From the NCBI RefSeq assembly GCF_964204645.1, contig NC_134032.1:806001-870000 (forward strand): DNA of 64,000 nt, written 5' to 3'. Shown one piece after another: positions 63,869-64,000 of this stretch. The notes under the pieces were generated by a model that did not search any database, had not been told where the DNA came from, and saw only the letters and a program-made list of their open reading frames with translations. Each line of letters begins with the position of its first letter. Positions within the stretch are counted from its first letter, which is position 1. A program made the position numbers and the translations under genes. Source of the stretch: Tubulanus polymorphus (lineage: Eukaryota > Animalia > Nemertea).

Positions 63869-64000
63869 AGTTAAAGTTAATTAGGTCGTACGAAATCTAC
63901 CAATCAAACGAATAACAAATGGCTGTTAGCTGAAACCACTGCGGTTCCATTTCAATAATTTTACCTGAAAAGAAAATGAAATCTGCTTATTGTAGCGAAC

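Overview
AT-rich, intron-containing animal (invertebrate, probably spiralian) genomic DNA. Main content: (1) A complete five-coding-exon GATA4/5/6-class gene (+, CDS 28651-37544, ~413 aa), followed in tandem by the N-terminal exons of a probable second GATA456 paralogue (+, 57931-59890; zinc fingers would lie beyond the window). (2) An apparently intact 5.5-kb ISL2EU-type (PIF/Harbinger/ISL2EU group) DNA transposon at 14317-19862, with 11-bp TIRs and an AT target duplication, inserted in a 49-bp minisatellite. It carries a THAP-DDE transposase and a convergent SAP-SWIM-YqaJ nuclease gene. (3) A tiny two-exon gene missed by the ORF track (-, 3095-3422) encoding a signal peptide plus a 27-aa C-C-CC-C-C cystine-knot, toxin-like peptide. 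(4) Four clusters of a 167-bp tandem repeat, each unit carrying a minimal type I hammerhead ribozyme motif of the Penelope/retrozyme kind. (5) Many MITEs (several Harbinger-like families with CWG flanks, one seeding a 47-bp satellite), satellites, microsatellites, tRNA-like SINE fragments and a LINE remnant. All calls come from reading the sequence by eye; no database searches were run.
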